A stretch of 63,611 nt of DNA, the filler included, from Rhizaria sp. SCN 62-66 (lineage: Eukaryota), in NCBI GenBank assembly GCA_001724265.1. It is 7 parts of 7 records of this genome, joined end to end, with 100 filler letters (N's around TTAATTAATTAA, not from the genome) between each part and the next. Parts side by side here need not be neighbours in the genome. Positions count along the whole stretch, not along the records: positions 30,803 to 39,094 come from MEDY01000688.1; positions 39,195 to 46,940 come from MEDY01000689.1; positions 47,041 to 54,285 come from MEDY01000690.1; 4 more parts are not named here. One strand, given 5' to 3'. Positions 36,270 to 47,979 of the stretch are shown here, in pieces (position 1 is the first letter of the stretch; the number at the start of each line of letters is the position of its first letter). Made by a program: the position numbers and the translations under genes. Under the pieces are notes generated by a model. The model saw nothing but the letters and a program-made list of their open reading frames with translations, had not been told where the DNA came from and ran no database searches.

Positions 36270-39094
36270 ATGTCACGCTCTGCTGTTGAATCCAAGGGCT
36301 CTGCGGGTTTTCGCTGTGTGTTGAGCCTTCCGCAGGCCTCTGCACTCCAGCACTCTCTCCTTCGGGCGCACTTACTCGCTCCGGATCTTCTCGCGCCCGG
36401 CGACTGCGCCGCCACGGCCGCGCAAGACCCAGCGTTTGCGGCCACTCTCGACTACATTTAGTCCCGGCCCTCACAGTCCTCGTCGCTTTCGTTCTCAGCT
36501 CGTGCCAGCGCGCATGTCAACAGCGACACCAGCTTCGGCGCCGACTCCGACGCCGACGCCGGCAAGGTCGACGACGGCTTGGCCGTGTTCCGCAAGTAGC
36601 GCGTGGTGACGGTGGGCAGCAGGCGCGATACCATGATGTCCATTATTACTTTCTTCGCCGACACCCGACGCGACGGCGCGAAGGAAGCTCTGCGGCGCGC
36701 CGTCGACGCCGCCGCCAAGCACGCCGCCGCCAAGCACGCCGCCGCCGTTGCGGCCGATGTTCGGTCCAATCATGATGTGTCCTCGTCGTCGGGCACAGTG
36801 ACGCTGGCTACCGGGACCATCAATTTTGCGCTCGGCGACGACAAAGCCAGGGACAAGGAGTAGGCGATGAAGCGTGTGACGCGGACTAAGGCGGCTGCAG
36901 CCGAGGCCGCCGAGGCCGCCGCTTCGTGTGCCAAAGAAATCGCCGCGGCCGCGGACGCCATTGCGGCGTACTCCCCTTTTTACCACGCACTGCCTCGCAA
37001 CAACTCAAACAACAACAACAACAACGACAGCAGCAACAACAGCAGCAACAACAACAGCAGCGACGGCAACGGCAACGGCAACAGTGCAAGCGGCGCGAAC
37101 GCGGCCGGGATCAGCGGTATCGACGTCGTGAGCTCTCTCTTGCTCACGATGATGGCCTCGCCGCAGTCGCTCACGCGCGCTCAACGCTGCGCAGTGGTCG
37201 TGCGCGGCGGCCGCGTCTATGTCACGGGCGCGCACGCCCGCAGTCTGCTCTGCGGTGCGCGCGCCGGTCACAGCTCCAGCTCCAGCTCCAGCTCCAGCTC
37301 TAGCTCTGGCTCCAGCTCTAGCTCTGGCTCTAACTCTAACCTGGGCTCTGACGCCTGTGCCGGTGCCGGCGCGAGCGCGAGCGCGGCTGAGCAGTGCGCG
37401 GCCGCCGAGAGCCACGTGGCGAGTCTGCTGCAGGATACGATCACCTGCAACTGGGGCTTGGCCAGCGCCAACGACGAGTCTGAATATGACAACTGCGCCC
37501 TCAGCAGCGACTGCGAACCAGACTGCGACGGTGGCGCTGGCGCTGCCGCTGCCAGGGCCCGCGCCTGTGCGAGCATGAACGCCGCGGACAGCGAGGGCGA
37601 GGGCGAGGGCGTGGCCGATGGTCAGCGGGGGCGAGAAGGCGATGCCGCGAGCCCAGACGCTGTTGCGACTGTCGCCGCCGTCGCTGCGCAGGCTCAGCCT
37701 GGCACGCGTGCCGCCGACGGCGCTGGACGCGCGGTATGCGTCGAGGCGCCCGACTTCACCGTATCTTAGTGGCTCACCCTGGTGCTCGCCCAGCAGTCGC
37801 AGGCGCAACCACAAGAGGAAATGCAGAGTTTACTCGCATCGACAAAGTTTACTCTGACTGCGACAGCGCCCTTTGCTCCCAGCTCAGCTTTTGCGGTCTC
37901 GCACGCCTCCGTCTTCGCTCTGGACCCGGTCGCTGCTCTCAGCCCCGTCCCTCTGCAGCCGCTGGCCCCGTCGCGGGCCGGTCCCGCGCATCTGACTGTG
38001 AACACCGGCGGCGACGACTCAACCCACGCCATGTCCGTGCCCGACTTCAGGGCCCTGCTCTAGCGCTCGGTCTTGATGGAGATGCCGGCGACGCAGACGC
38101 CGCTGGCCGTGGCGCGCTCGCCCTCGATGGCAGCCTCGCGCCACCTCAACGTCAACTCGAGGTTCTTTCCCCACGGGCCGTAGGGCTAGCCGCCGTCGCC
38201 CCGGTGCCAATCCTGCAGCCGCGAGGCCAATGTCGTCAGCGGCCCGATGGACGTTCTGATGTTGGCGGAGAAGTCCGACCTCAGCCCGAGGTTCGACCTC
38301 GGCCAGACTAGCCACGACAGCGCGGCCGCGCTCAGGACTTCACGGCACACCGCCGACGCACTGCTCGCGGTTACTGCCCGGCTGTGTCACCGCTTTCAGG
38401 CGGCCAAGGCGGCCCGAGAGGCAACGGCCAAGACTGCGCGCGACGCGGCGCGGGCGTCTGTCAAGTTCGTGGGCTGTCTCACACCGACCGTGAGGGACGT
38501 CAACGAGGTGCTGCAGTCGCTGCTCTCAGCCACCGCGGAGCTCGTGCCCCCCGCGCTCGCCTCCGCCTCGGCTGCGGCGTCAACGTCTCACGCTGGTGTG
38601 GATGCGAGCACGAGAGACTGCGCCAGTGCAAGCGCGCTCTTGCGCGCGCTAGAGCTGCAGAAAGGTTCGGACAAGATAATGGCGCGAGCGCTGTCAGACG
38701 AGCTCGCCCGCAGCGACTTGTCGTGGTTGCAGCTGCAGGCGCACCTGCCCGAGAGGGCCCTGGACGTGGCCTCTGCCGACGCCGACGCCGACGCTGGTCC
38801 CGATGTTGGCCTGGACGCGCCGAACCACAAGGAAGGCGTCATCAAGAAGCACATTGAGGTGCCTGCGAGTCTATTCGTGCAGCAAGCGCTTGAGAGCAAG
38901 AGCAAGAGCAAGAGCGAGAGCGAGAGTGCGGGCGCCGACGTGCCTTAGGGCGGGGCCCCTCCTGACTGCGAGCGCGTCAGCAGCGTCGGCCACGAGCAGC
39001 AGGGCGCCGGCGTGCGCAAGGACGAGGGTAAGGGCGAAGGCGAAGGCGAGGGCGAGGGCGAGGGCGAGGGCGAGGGCGAGGGCGAGGGCGAGGG
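36270..39094 (+). CDS. Low-complexity hypothetical protein of at least 940 codons, one frame with 8 internal TAG codons; runs into the gap, 5' end uncertain
   Basis: Track ORFs 36270, 36603, 36867, 37782 and 38247 share one frame. They are separated only by TAG (36459, 36597, 36861, 37767, 38061, 38181, 38187, 38946), with no TAA or TGA. Confidence 0.75.
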
Positions 39095-39194
39095 NNNNNN
39101 NNNNNNNNNNNNNNNNNNNNNNNNNNNNNNNNNNNNNNTTAATTAATTAANNNNNNNNNNNNNNNNNNNNNNNNNNNNNNNNNNNNNNNNNNNN

Positions 39195-39752
39195 AGCAAG
39201 CGTATTTGTGATCGCTTGCTCGTTTGGTTCGCTGCCATCTAGGTCTGCGTTCACGGATGCGCTAGCGGTCGCACTTGTGAAAGGCCAGACGGGACGTGAC
39301 ACCAGGAGTCGACCGAGGCGTGTGATACTCGGCGCATCCGTGGCACCAGTCATGCTCGCAAGTGTGTTTTGCGTCCTCGCTAGAACCTCATGTTCTTGCT
39401 TGGTGCGCTGTGACAGAAAGAGCCGCAGTTGCCTCGCCAGCGCTGACAGGGGAGCACAAGCTTGGGATGAATACTGCGCTGTTGTGGCTGAGAGTGTGGT
39501 CAGTTTGGCCTGGGTCTGCGTGTGTAAGGCTTCAGTGAGCACAGTCTCATCCTTGAGTTGCTGCGCCAGTGTGGCAATGCGCGGGGTGAGTGTGGCAGCG
39601 TGAGAGCGGAGCTCAGCATGCTTGGCGGCAACAGTGCTGATGGTGTGCTATTTGTGTTCGCCGTTAAGGAGGACACAATGACCACAGACAACCTTAACGC
39701 ACAGGTCGCACCAGTAAAGCATAAGCACGGGCTCGCCATGCTTGTAGCAATA
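39195..39752 (-). CDS. Exon encoding a B-box type 2 zinc finger + coiled coil (TRIM-like), with TAG 39650-39648 inside the HxxH motif; 3'-truncated, upstream exons unresolved
   Basis: Manual translation gives YCYKHGEPVLMLYWCDLCVKVVCGHCVLLNGEHK*HTISTVAAKHAELRSHAATLTPRIATLAQQLKDE, preceded by a pyrimidine-rich ...GTGTTAG acceptor. Confidence 0.8.
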
Positions 39753-41027
39753 CTAACACATATGATACAAGTATGAATCATAAGAGATAATATGAGTAAG
39801 GATAAATTGATACAGCAAGTTTTTGCATCGAAGAGATATCAAATCCGAGCTTCAGTTGTAGGCTTAATGATAATCGTTTTCGGAGAAGCACGTATAGAAC
39901 ACAGCAGCTTGATGTTGTCGCTGTATGATATCGGCATTCATGATGCTGAGACGTACATTAGGGTCGCGTTGCGCGGACTGGTCGAGAACAGAGACAGCAA
40001 CACCATTTGCAGTACTACCATCGCTGCCACGGCTGTTGCCCTTGCCTGGTGGAGTGTGACCATGGTGGGCGGACGAGACGACCTCGTCTTGCAGTTTACT
40101 TTCGGCCTGTGGCAGGAGAAGTGGTGAAGCAACATCAATGCTTATCAGTTAGTGAGCTTTGCATTAGTTGAGAGGCAGTTGTTGTCTATTCGATGCAATG
40201 ATATTGAAGTTTGAGAGTGAGTTGATACAGAGAAAGGTGAATTTGCAAAATATTGAGAGCGAGCACGAAGAGTCGTAACGCTGCAATTACCTTGAAGCAA
40301 GCTTGACAAAGACTTCGGGGGCAACCTTTGCCTGCGAATTGAATTGTTTTGCCACATGTCTTGCAGCTCGACACTCGTGATGTCATGGTGGGTGCCTAGT
40401 CAAAGCGCAACATGCGAAACAATGCAACTGGTTGCGAAGGTGAGAGAGGCGAAGGACGGCTTCAGGAAAATTGGTCCGTCGCAACCCAAAGTATCGAGTA
40501 TCTTAAAGCGCAATAAACAGAATATAGTAGGCACATTGGCTTGACCCCGAAGTACTTTACAATAATGTCATCTCATGTCGGCAATGGCACGATAACAACA
40601 TGTTGGTGAAGCGCGTCTCGACGTGCAAGATCTGCTTGAGTTCAAAGAGAGGTAAGGGGCACGCTTCTTGAGAGACTTGCGATGCAACACCACATCATTC
40701 ATCTTGAATAAACAATGTGAGCACACGTCATATTGATGTGGCTGGTTGATATGCTGTTATGCTATGTTTGCACTGCGCAGTAATGCTGAGGAAAAACGCG
40801 TTTCGATTAGCCGGCCCTTGCTTTTCCTGGATTCGATGGGGCCCAGCTGAAATCAGGGCGGTCAGCAGTCGCTCCCGCAATGCAACCCAGACGGCAGAAA
40901 ATGCTGTATTAATATGGCTAATTCTGCATTACATTTGGATTGCCAAATTCATAGCTCTTCGCACACGCACTAGTTCGAAGTGCAACTTTAGCCTTGTCCC
41001 TTCTTGCAGTGACTCGACTGCTGCTGC

Positions 41028-41277
41028 TTACTCCTGGTCCAGGCCAAGCGCCTCAAAGTCACTCTCAAGGTCGTCGGCAGGCTCATTCTCGTCGTCATCA
41101 TCAGCAACTACAGCGGCCGCGTTCGTCTCCTCCTCCTCCTCCATCTCAGCGGCAGAAGTGGCACTCCCCTCCCCGTTCGGCTCGGTCTCGGGGGTGAGGG
41201 CTCGCCGCGCGCGGCCGCCTCAGCGCGCATCGCCTCGCGCAGCCCGGCCAGCGCGGCCAGCGCAATAAACAAGATAC
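41028..41277 (-). CDS. Possible terminal exon of a small acidic protein; needs one extra C in a homopolymer
   Basis: After a TTGCAG acceptor it reads ILFIALAALAGLREAMR...EPSP, then ETEP...EEEE...DDDD...LDQE-TAA in a shifted frame at the C5 run near 41180-41184. Confidence 0.3.
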
Positions 41278-41587
41278 TGCAAGCGCATTAGCTTAACCCT
41301 ATAGTATTTTTTAACAATGTAATCTGACGTCAGCAATGGCACAATATAACATTTGGTGAGCTCGTCTTCTCTCTTTCTCACCCTCAAAGAAGGCTTCATA
41401 GGTTCGTGTTTTGAACACGACCTCTGATTGTTCAATTCGTCTTACCAATATATTATAGATGATTCATTCATCAAATGTGGGTTTCATACGATTTTGCAGA
41501 ATAATATTCTCTACGTGGCTCACACTGACTCTATGATTCGCAAACTCCGTCTTGTCGTTCACGGTGTCTTTCAGAGCACTTTCCAGA

Positions 41588-43285
41588 ATGCCGCTGCCCT
41601 CTGCTGCCGCGCGTATTCTTCTCCGCAGCTCCTCTCGGACTGCCAACGCTCTTGACCTGCGCCCTTTCTCTTCCCTTGCGAACACTGTTGCCAAGAACAC
41701 ACACACTACGCTTCACTGCCTGTCTCAACAGCAGCGCTGCCTCATGACTATTTCAAGCTCTCGCCACCATTCCAACAACGGTGACTCGAACACTTCCCAG
41801 CACTCGCGCTGGACGACCCCATTGGCCAGCGCCCTTTTTGCCGCTGGTTTATCGTCTGTTTTTGCCCTTGCCAGCACCCAGGACGAGCAGCAGCAGCAGC
41901 AGCGGCTGGAGCACGACCTGGCCGAGACCGCCGCGGTGTTGGCCCTGCTGCCTCCGCTGAACCTCGGCGCGCCCATCTCGGACTCGCCCGACGCGGACAG
42001 CGTGGGCGCGGTCGACGAAGACAATTACGACGCGATGTTCGAGACGGAGGAGCAGATGGAGGAGTTCCTCAAAAGTTTGGGCATCAATGAGCAGGAGCTC
42101 GAGGCCTTCGACAACGCCGACGAAGCCACACGCGCCGCCTTTATCGCGTCGCTTCGCGCGCGCCTGTCCTCGGAGAGCATCATGACGGCGCTCTCGCGCG
42201 AGGACGTGGACCGGCCGATCACGATGGCCGACGCTGTGGCTGTGGGAAACCCGGACCTGATCGACTTCCTCATCTCCAAGGGGCACAGCGTCAACGAGCC
42301 CTCGCGCGAGACCACGCTGACGCCGCTCGTCGCCGCTATTGAGGGCAAGAACGTCGCCACTGCTCGCCACCTGCTCTCGCGCGGCGCTGCGGTTAACGCG
42401 CCCACGCTCAACGGGCTGACGCCGCTGTTCCGCGCGCTGCTGGAGCCCGACACGTTGCGGCCGGCGCAGGAGATGGTGCAACTGCTGCTTAAGGCCGGCG
42501 CAGACCCGAACCTGCCCATGCCGGGCTCGGGCGCGCTGCCGCTGCACACGGCTATCCAGCGCTTCTCGCCCGTCTTTGCCGCGATGCTGATCAAGGCGGG
42601 CGCGGGCGTCAACACGCAGGCCCCCGGCACGGGCGAGACGCCTGTGTTTCTGGCGGCTCGTGTTGGCGACACGGCGACGCTGTCGACGCTGCTGAAGCAG
42701 CGCGACGTGCAGGTCGACACGCCCAACGCGGCCGACTTTACGCCGCTGGTCTCGGCGCTGCTTAACCACAACAACGACGTCGCTGGTCTGCTCGTCGCGG
42801 CGGGCGCGGACTTGACCCACGTCAATAAACACGGCGCGAGCCCCGTGTTCGCGGCCGTCATGACTAACAACGCCGCCGCGCTGGCCGCGATGCTGAGCCG
42901 CCGGAGCGCGCCGGTGCCCGCGGACGCCAACGCCGCCGTGCACGGCAAGCCGCTGCTGCAGTGGGCCCTGGAGCGCGGCAACGCAGGCGCCGTGTGGGCC
43001 CTCGCCAAGGCCGGGGCCGACGCGGACGCCCCCTTTGTCGCCGCCGCCGCTGACGGTCCTAGTTCCAGTGGCTCAAGCTCGAGTGCGAGCGCGAGCGCGA
43101 GTGCGCCGGCGCACCAGAGGACTCTGCGCGAGTTCGCCGAGGCGAGTAACGACGTGCTGGCGGACCTGCTGCTGCTGCCCGCGGGCGAGCTGCCAGAGCG
43201 CGCGCCTGTGGCCCTGAGCGACGGCGAGATGGCGGCCTACGTCGCCGAGATTAAGGAGAAGGCGCTTAAGTACAAGAGCAAGTGA
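41588..43285 (+). CDS. Ankyrin-repeat protein with mitochondrial-presequence-like N-terminus and a hydrophobic segment
   Basis: About 8 repeats of TPL..A...G....V.LLL.AGAD.N; Arg/Ser/Leu-rich N-terminus; ends in TGA. Confidence 0.9.
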   Translation: MPLPSAAARILLRSSSRTANALDLRPFSSLANTVAKNTHTTLHCLSQQQRCLMTISSSRHHSNNGDSNTSQHSRWTTPLASALFAAGLSSVFALASTQDEQQQQQRLEHDLAETAAVLALLPPLNLGAPISDSPDADSVGAVDEDNYDAMFETEEQMEEFLKSLGINEQELEAFDNADEATRAAFIASLRARLSSESIMTALSREDVDRPITMADAVAVGNPDLIDFLISKGHSVNEPSRETTLTPLVAAIEGKNVATARHLLSRGAAVNAPTLNGLTPLFRALLEPDTLRPAQEMVQLLLKAGADPNLPMPGSGALPLHTAIQRFSPVFAAMLIKAGAGVNTQAPGTGETPVFLAARVGDTATLSTLLKQRDVQVDTPNAADFTPLVSALLNHNNDVAGLLVAAGADLTHVNKHGASPVFAAVMTNNAAALAAMLSRRSAPVPADANAAVHGKPLLQWALERGNAGAVWALAKAGADADAPFVAAAADGPSSSGSSSSASASASAPAHQRTLREFAEASNDVLADLLLLPAGELPERAPVALSDGEMAAYVAEIKEKALKYKSK

Positions 43286-44180
43286 GCGAATGCGGCGATC
43301 GTATGACGCAGTGAGTGGGACTGCAACTGCCATGCGCACGTAGACGCTCTTGACTGCGAGCTCTCGTGATTACAAGTTAGTCTAGAATCCTGGCGAAGTC
43401 TCGAATCCTGGCGAAGTGTCATTGTATGGTCCGCAGGTTTTGCGTCTCGTACAGTGTTTTATTTAAGATAGTGCTTGCACATTTCGTATAACTGTTATAA
43501 TACAGATGTACTGGCCTGTCTCATGATACAGGTTGATTCTTTGAGGGAATCTTATTTGTTCATTCAAGTTGATGCAGTCAAAACACGTGTTTTTATCAGT
43601 TGAGCACATAAGAGTTGTTCGTGACTCATTATGACGATGATGCACGCGAGATTTGAAGTGTTGAGTCAGGTCAAGTTACTATTTTGATTAACGTGACTGC
43701 GCCACTCAACGGCGAAAAAAGCGTTCAATGTAGCGAATAAAGAGTTGTATTAGAAAAAAACAGATGGATCACATTCTTAGTAGTACGTTTACTGGGTCTA
43801 TAGCTACATGTACGCGTACCGATATTACAATTTCAAGCAGTTTTGTTCCCTTCTGCACACACTCCACGTGTGTTCGAACACACATGTATCCGGTGGTGTC
43901 ACAGAAAGAGGACAAAATCACGCTATCACAATTTAGTATAGAAGAAAATAAAGCAAGTATCAGCAACAACCAGCGTCATACTCTCGTTGGTGCATTATTC
44001 CATACATAAGCTTGCTTGTCTTACGTTTGTTAGTTGTTTGCAAAGTACTCATACCCACTTTGAGCAAAGCCAGCTGAGAGAAAGTCCCAAGTTCAAGTGA
44101 GGTGACTGGTTCGCAGAGGTTCTCGCGCCCCTTAGAGGCTTCGAGAGGACTCCTTCGACGGCGCCCGTGCGCTGTTTCGC

Positions 44181-44927
44181 TTAGAGGATCTCACAGGCCT
44201 GCTCGAACTCGAAGCGGGGCGAGCGGTCGAACATGCCCTCGGCGTCGCCGTAGCCGAGGTTGACGAGCAAGACGGACTTGACGGGCTGGCCAGAGAAGAA
44301 CTCCTTGTCCGCGCCAGCGGCGTCAAAACCGGCCATGGGGCCCACGTCGAGGCCCAGGCCGCGCGCGGCGAGGATGAAGTAGCCGATCTGTGTGAGATTA
44401 GAAGAACAACAAAGAAGAATAAAGGAGGAGAAGTTGTGTCAGTGTGGGGGCAAAGGGTGAAACTATCTTGACAGTGCACTTCTTTAGCTCTGCGCTGATA
44501 TGCGCTTGAAAGATGTGTGAGTACGTACCTGGATGTTGATGTTCTGCATCGCGGTGCCGGCCACGTCCTGGGGGTTCTGGACGAAGTAGTCAATGCCGCC
44601 GCGGTAGCCGCCGCCGAGGAACTCGAGGTTCTTGACGAAGTCGTGGTCGGCACCGATCAGCGCCGTCACGGGAGCCGACTTAACGTTGGGGACGTTGCCG
44701 GGCAGCACGAACGGGAGGAGGCGCTCCTTGGCGGCGGGGGAGCGGATGAACTTCACGCGCATGGGGTTGCAGTTGAAGGCGTTAGGGCCGAACTTGACGT
44801 TATCGTAGAGGGCCTTGAGGACGGAGTCGGGGACGTCCTTGGGCTGGAAGCGGCGGAAAGTGCGGCAGTTGGTAGCCGTAAAGAGACGCTTCATCGCGTC
44901 GCTGGCGATAGGACCGGTGACAGCCAT
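44181..44927 (-). CDS. RutE/HadB-like nitroreductase (malonic semialdehyde reductase-like), 201 aa; 2 exons (44927-44529, 44387-44181)
   Basis: LFT...[50 protein letters not shown]...[17 protein letters not shown]. Phase-0 intron GTACGT...ACAG. Confidence 0.92.
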
Positions 44928-45916
44928 ACTGATGGTGGTTGAACTGGGTTGGCAGAGGAGAAGCGAGCAGAGTTGGGTGAGAAATTTGTGAGAGAGGGGA
45001 GATTGTGCAAGGTATATCATGCAAACGACTAAGATAAGTCAAGTGAGGAGTTATCCAACTATACTACATCACATAGGCGCAGCTTATACATCTTGGATGC
45101 TTTGTTCTGAGACGGAGCAGAGGTGCGTTCCACTCTGATCGTAATGAAGATTCACTCTGTGACCTAGCCGGTGACATTACAGACTCGCAGAGAATTGGGA
45201 TGCGCGAGTGTAGTACCAGTAAAATAAATAAATATCTAAAACGTGTTTGTAAGTCATAGCATTGTGTTATTTCTGTGTTTTTCGATGCTTGTCGGTCGTA
45301 TTTTGAAATCTTAAGCAGGGACGAAAACGAAGGAAACCTGCAAGCGACCGTGAGCAGCCTCGCCTCTCGAAACCATCGCTGCCACAAGCACTTTTTTCTC
45401 TCGTCTCACGGTCAAAATTTGGCAACGGCTCGACGACTTGGCTGGATCGAGCAGCTCTGCGTCGCAGCCCAGGAGGGAAACGCGGACCACGGCGCGCTTC
45501 GCGTTTCTGCATTCTCTATAGCATCGGTTGATTTTCTTATTTATGATCAAGGTGTCACCAAATTTTTAGAGTTTGTTTGCACTTTTTTTCTTGTTGCCTG
45601 ACGTCGTATTTGCTTTCAAAACCACATTTTTTTTGTGTTCATTTGCCGGTTCAACACTCTTCGCCCCCACCTTGGCCCTCACGCTTCCCCCACTCCTGCA
45701 CTCTCCCACCCTTGCCCCACGCTCTGTACACCAGACAACCACAACACCTGTCGCTTTTGGCACCCAGTTTTCTGTGTCTCCGGCGTCGCTCTACAGCTCT
45801 CACCAGCAGTCGCGTCGTCGTGTCCTTGAAAGACCAGCTCACGCAGCCCCCGTCTCGGCTCCCCTTCGGACTCTCGGCTTGTACAGTCCGCAAGCCCACA
45901 CGCAGCAACAGCAACC

Positions 45917-46795
45917 ATGGGAGGCACAAGCACTAGCGGCAGCGGCATCTCCACGGGCCCGCACTCCGTCTCCGTGTCCATTGCCAACACTGCCTCGCAC
46001 TCTCACGCCCACTCGTCGTCGCACTCCGTCTCGGCCGCAGCCGCCCCTGCCGCGCCGTCTGTGCTGTCCAAGATCGCCGCCGTGTGCGCGCCGCAGCTCT
46101 ACGTCTTTATCCTGCTCGAGACCATCTCGGTGCTTACCATTGCCTCGGCCAAGGGCGCCGATGGCCGGCCTGTGTACAACTCGGCGGGCGTAGTGCTCAT
46201 CGCGGAGCTCTTCAAGCTCGGCATCTCAGTCTACGGCGCGTGGGAGGACGACCCCTGGCTGGCGTCCTTCTTCGGCGGCATCAAGTGGCGCAACTTCGCC
46301 ATGTACTCCCTGCCGGCCTTTCTCTACGCCGTGAACAACAACATCTACCTTAAGGTGCTCACAGTCATCCACCCCAGCATCTTCCAGCTCTTCATGAATC
46401 TCCGCGTCGTCTGGACTGGCATCCTCTTCCGCTTCACGCTCGGCCGCACCGTGACGCCCAAGCAGTGGGCCGCCATGCTGCTGCTCTTCACCGGTTGCGC
46501 GCTCACCGTCTACTTTCCCGCGCGCACCCCGACCCCGTCGGGCAGTTCGGCTGGCATCCTACCCCCCGCCGGCGCCGAGTCGCCAGTTGACACTGACGGG
46601 TCCTGGTGGACGACACTCACCACGCTCGTGGTTGTCTTCGCGGGGCTCTTTCTCACGCTCGCCTACACTGTCATCTCCACGGCCGCCAGTGTTATCGGTG
46701 AGGTCCTTCTCAAGTCGACCGACTCGCTCCACGTTGCCAACATCCAGCTATACTTCTTCGGCGTCGTCTTTAACCTCATCGGCATCTTCCTCCAG
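45917..46795 (+). CDS. SLC35A-family nucleotide-sugar transporter, exon 1 (rest beyond the gap)
   Basis: VVLIAELFKL, YSLPAFLYAVNNN, PSIFQLFMNLRVVWTG, QW, NIQLYFFG; splice donor CAG|GTACGA at 46796. Confidence 0.9.
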
Positions 46796-46865
46796 GTACG
46801 AGAGAGCGTATCGCCTCGGCGTAACACGCGATGGAAATCCTTTCATGATCATCTAGTGTAGTTTG

Positions 46866-46868
<3 letters not shown>

Positions 46869-46930
<62 letters not shown>

Positions 46931-46940
46931 TGTGTGTGTG
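46869..46940 (+). repeat. (TG)n microsatellite at the contig end
   Basis: Directly visible. Confidence 0.97.
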
Positions 46941-47979
46941 NNNNNNNNNNNNNNNNNNNNNNNNNNNNNNNNNNNNNNNNNNNNTTAATTAATTAANNNN
47001 NNNNNNNNNNNNNNNNNNNNNNNNNNNNNNNNNNNNNNNNTTTCATTATTAATTACAATTGTTTTATTGAGATCGGCATTTTTAAATCTGAAAATACAAA
47101 ATCAACCACTATCTCTAGAATTTTCGCTCACTATCTGTACAATCGACTGTACTACTGTTACTAGTAGTACGTACTAGTACTAGTACTAGTATGTTGAGAG
47201 GGGACACACGATTGATGTTTGTTGAAGGTGAAAACAGCACTGATCTTAGTAAGACCTCTGCAAGTGGAGAAAAGCGGGGGAGGCACTAGAAATGGCGGTC
47301 ATATCATCCGCCATTGCGCTAGGTACTTTAGTACTAGTACTTTTTGTACAAGGCTCATAACCTGTTAGAGTTAGAGGATCCAAGTCCAGGTGGAAAAGGT
47401 CGATTTGTATTGAGTTATTATAATACAAAAAGTATCATGAATTGCACCAAAGTGGTAACTACCAATTCCATCGGTTTGCTCACAGTCACTTTCCTACTAC
47501 TAGTACGTAGTAACTAACATACTCACCAGGTCACCATGGTCAAGGCGTTTGTGGTGGGAAAGGAAACGAACGTCAACCTTGCTGGGATCATAGGAATTTG
47601 TGTGTAAGGTCATAATGGCAGCATAGAAAGAAAGAGAGCATTGTTATGGTAAATTCATGCTTTTAACAGTATTTGTTTAAATTTGAATATCGGTTGTATG
47701 CGATCTATGAGTGATAGCTTGTTGTTGACCTACCACTTGCGCATGGTGCAGAAACAGGAGGTGTCGAAACGCCGATCGATATTCTCCGTCTTTGTCTTTT
47801 TCATTCCCGCTAATTATAATGTGGTTGCAACTTAACAGTTCTAAATATTAAGCAACTGATTGTTTACACTTGAAAGACACATCTTCTTACCTATCTCGCC
47901 TGTGCCCTTTTTAACCCCCTTGCTCTGGCTTTCGCCTGCTCACAACCCTCGGTTTCTAGTGCTGTGACCGTCACAAACG

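Noticed and set aside
47150..47520. Clusters of palindromic TAGTACTA motifs as possible transposon termini or a CRISPR-like array
   Set aside because: They are short and irregular, with no spacers, terminal inverted repeat pair or transposase ORF.
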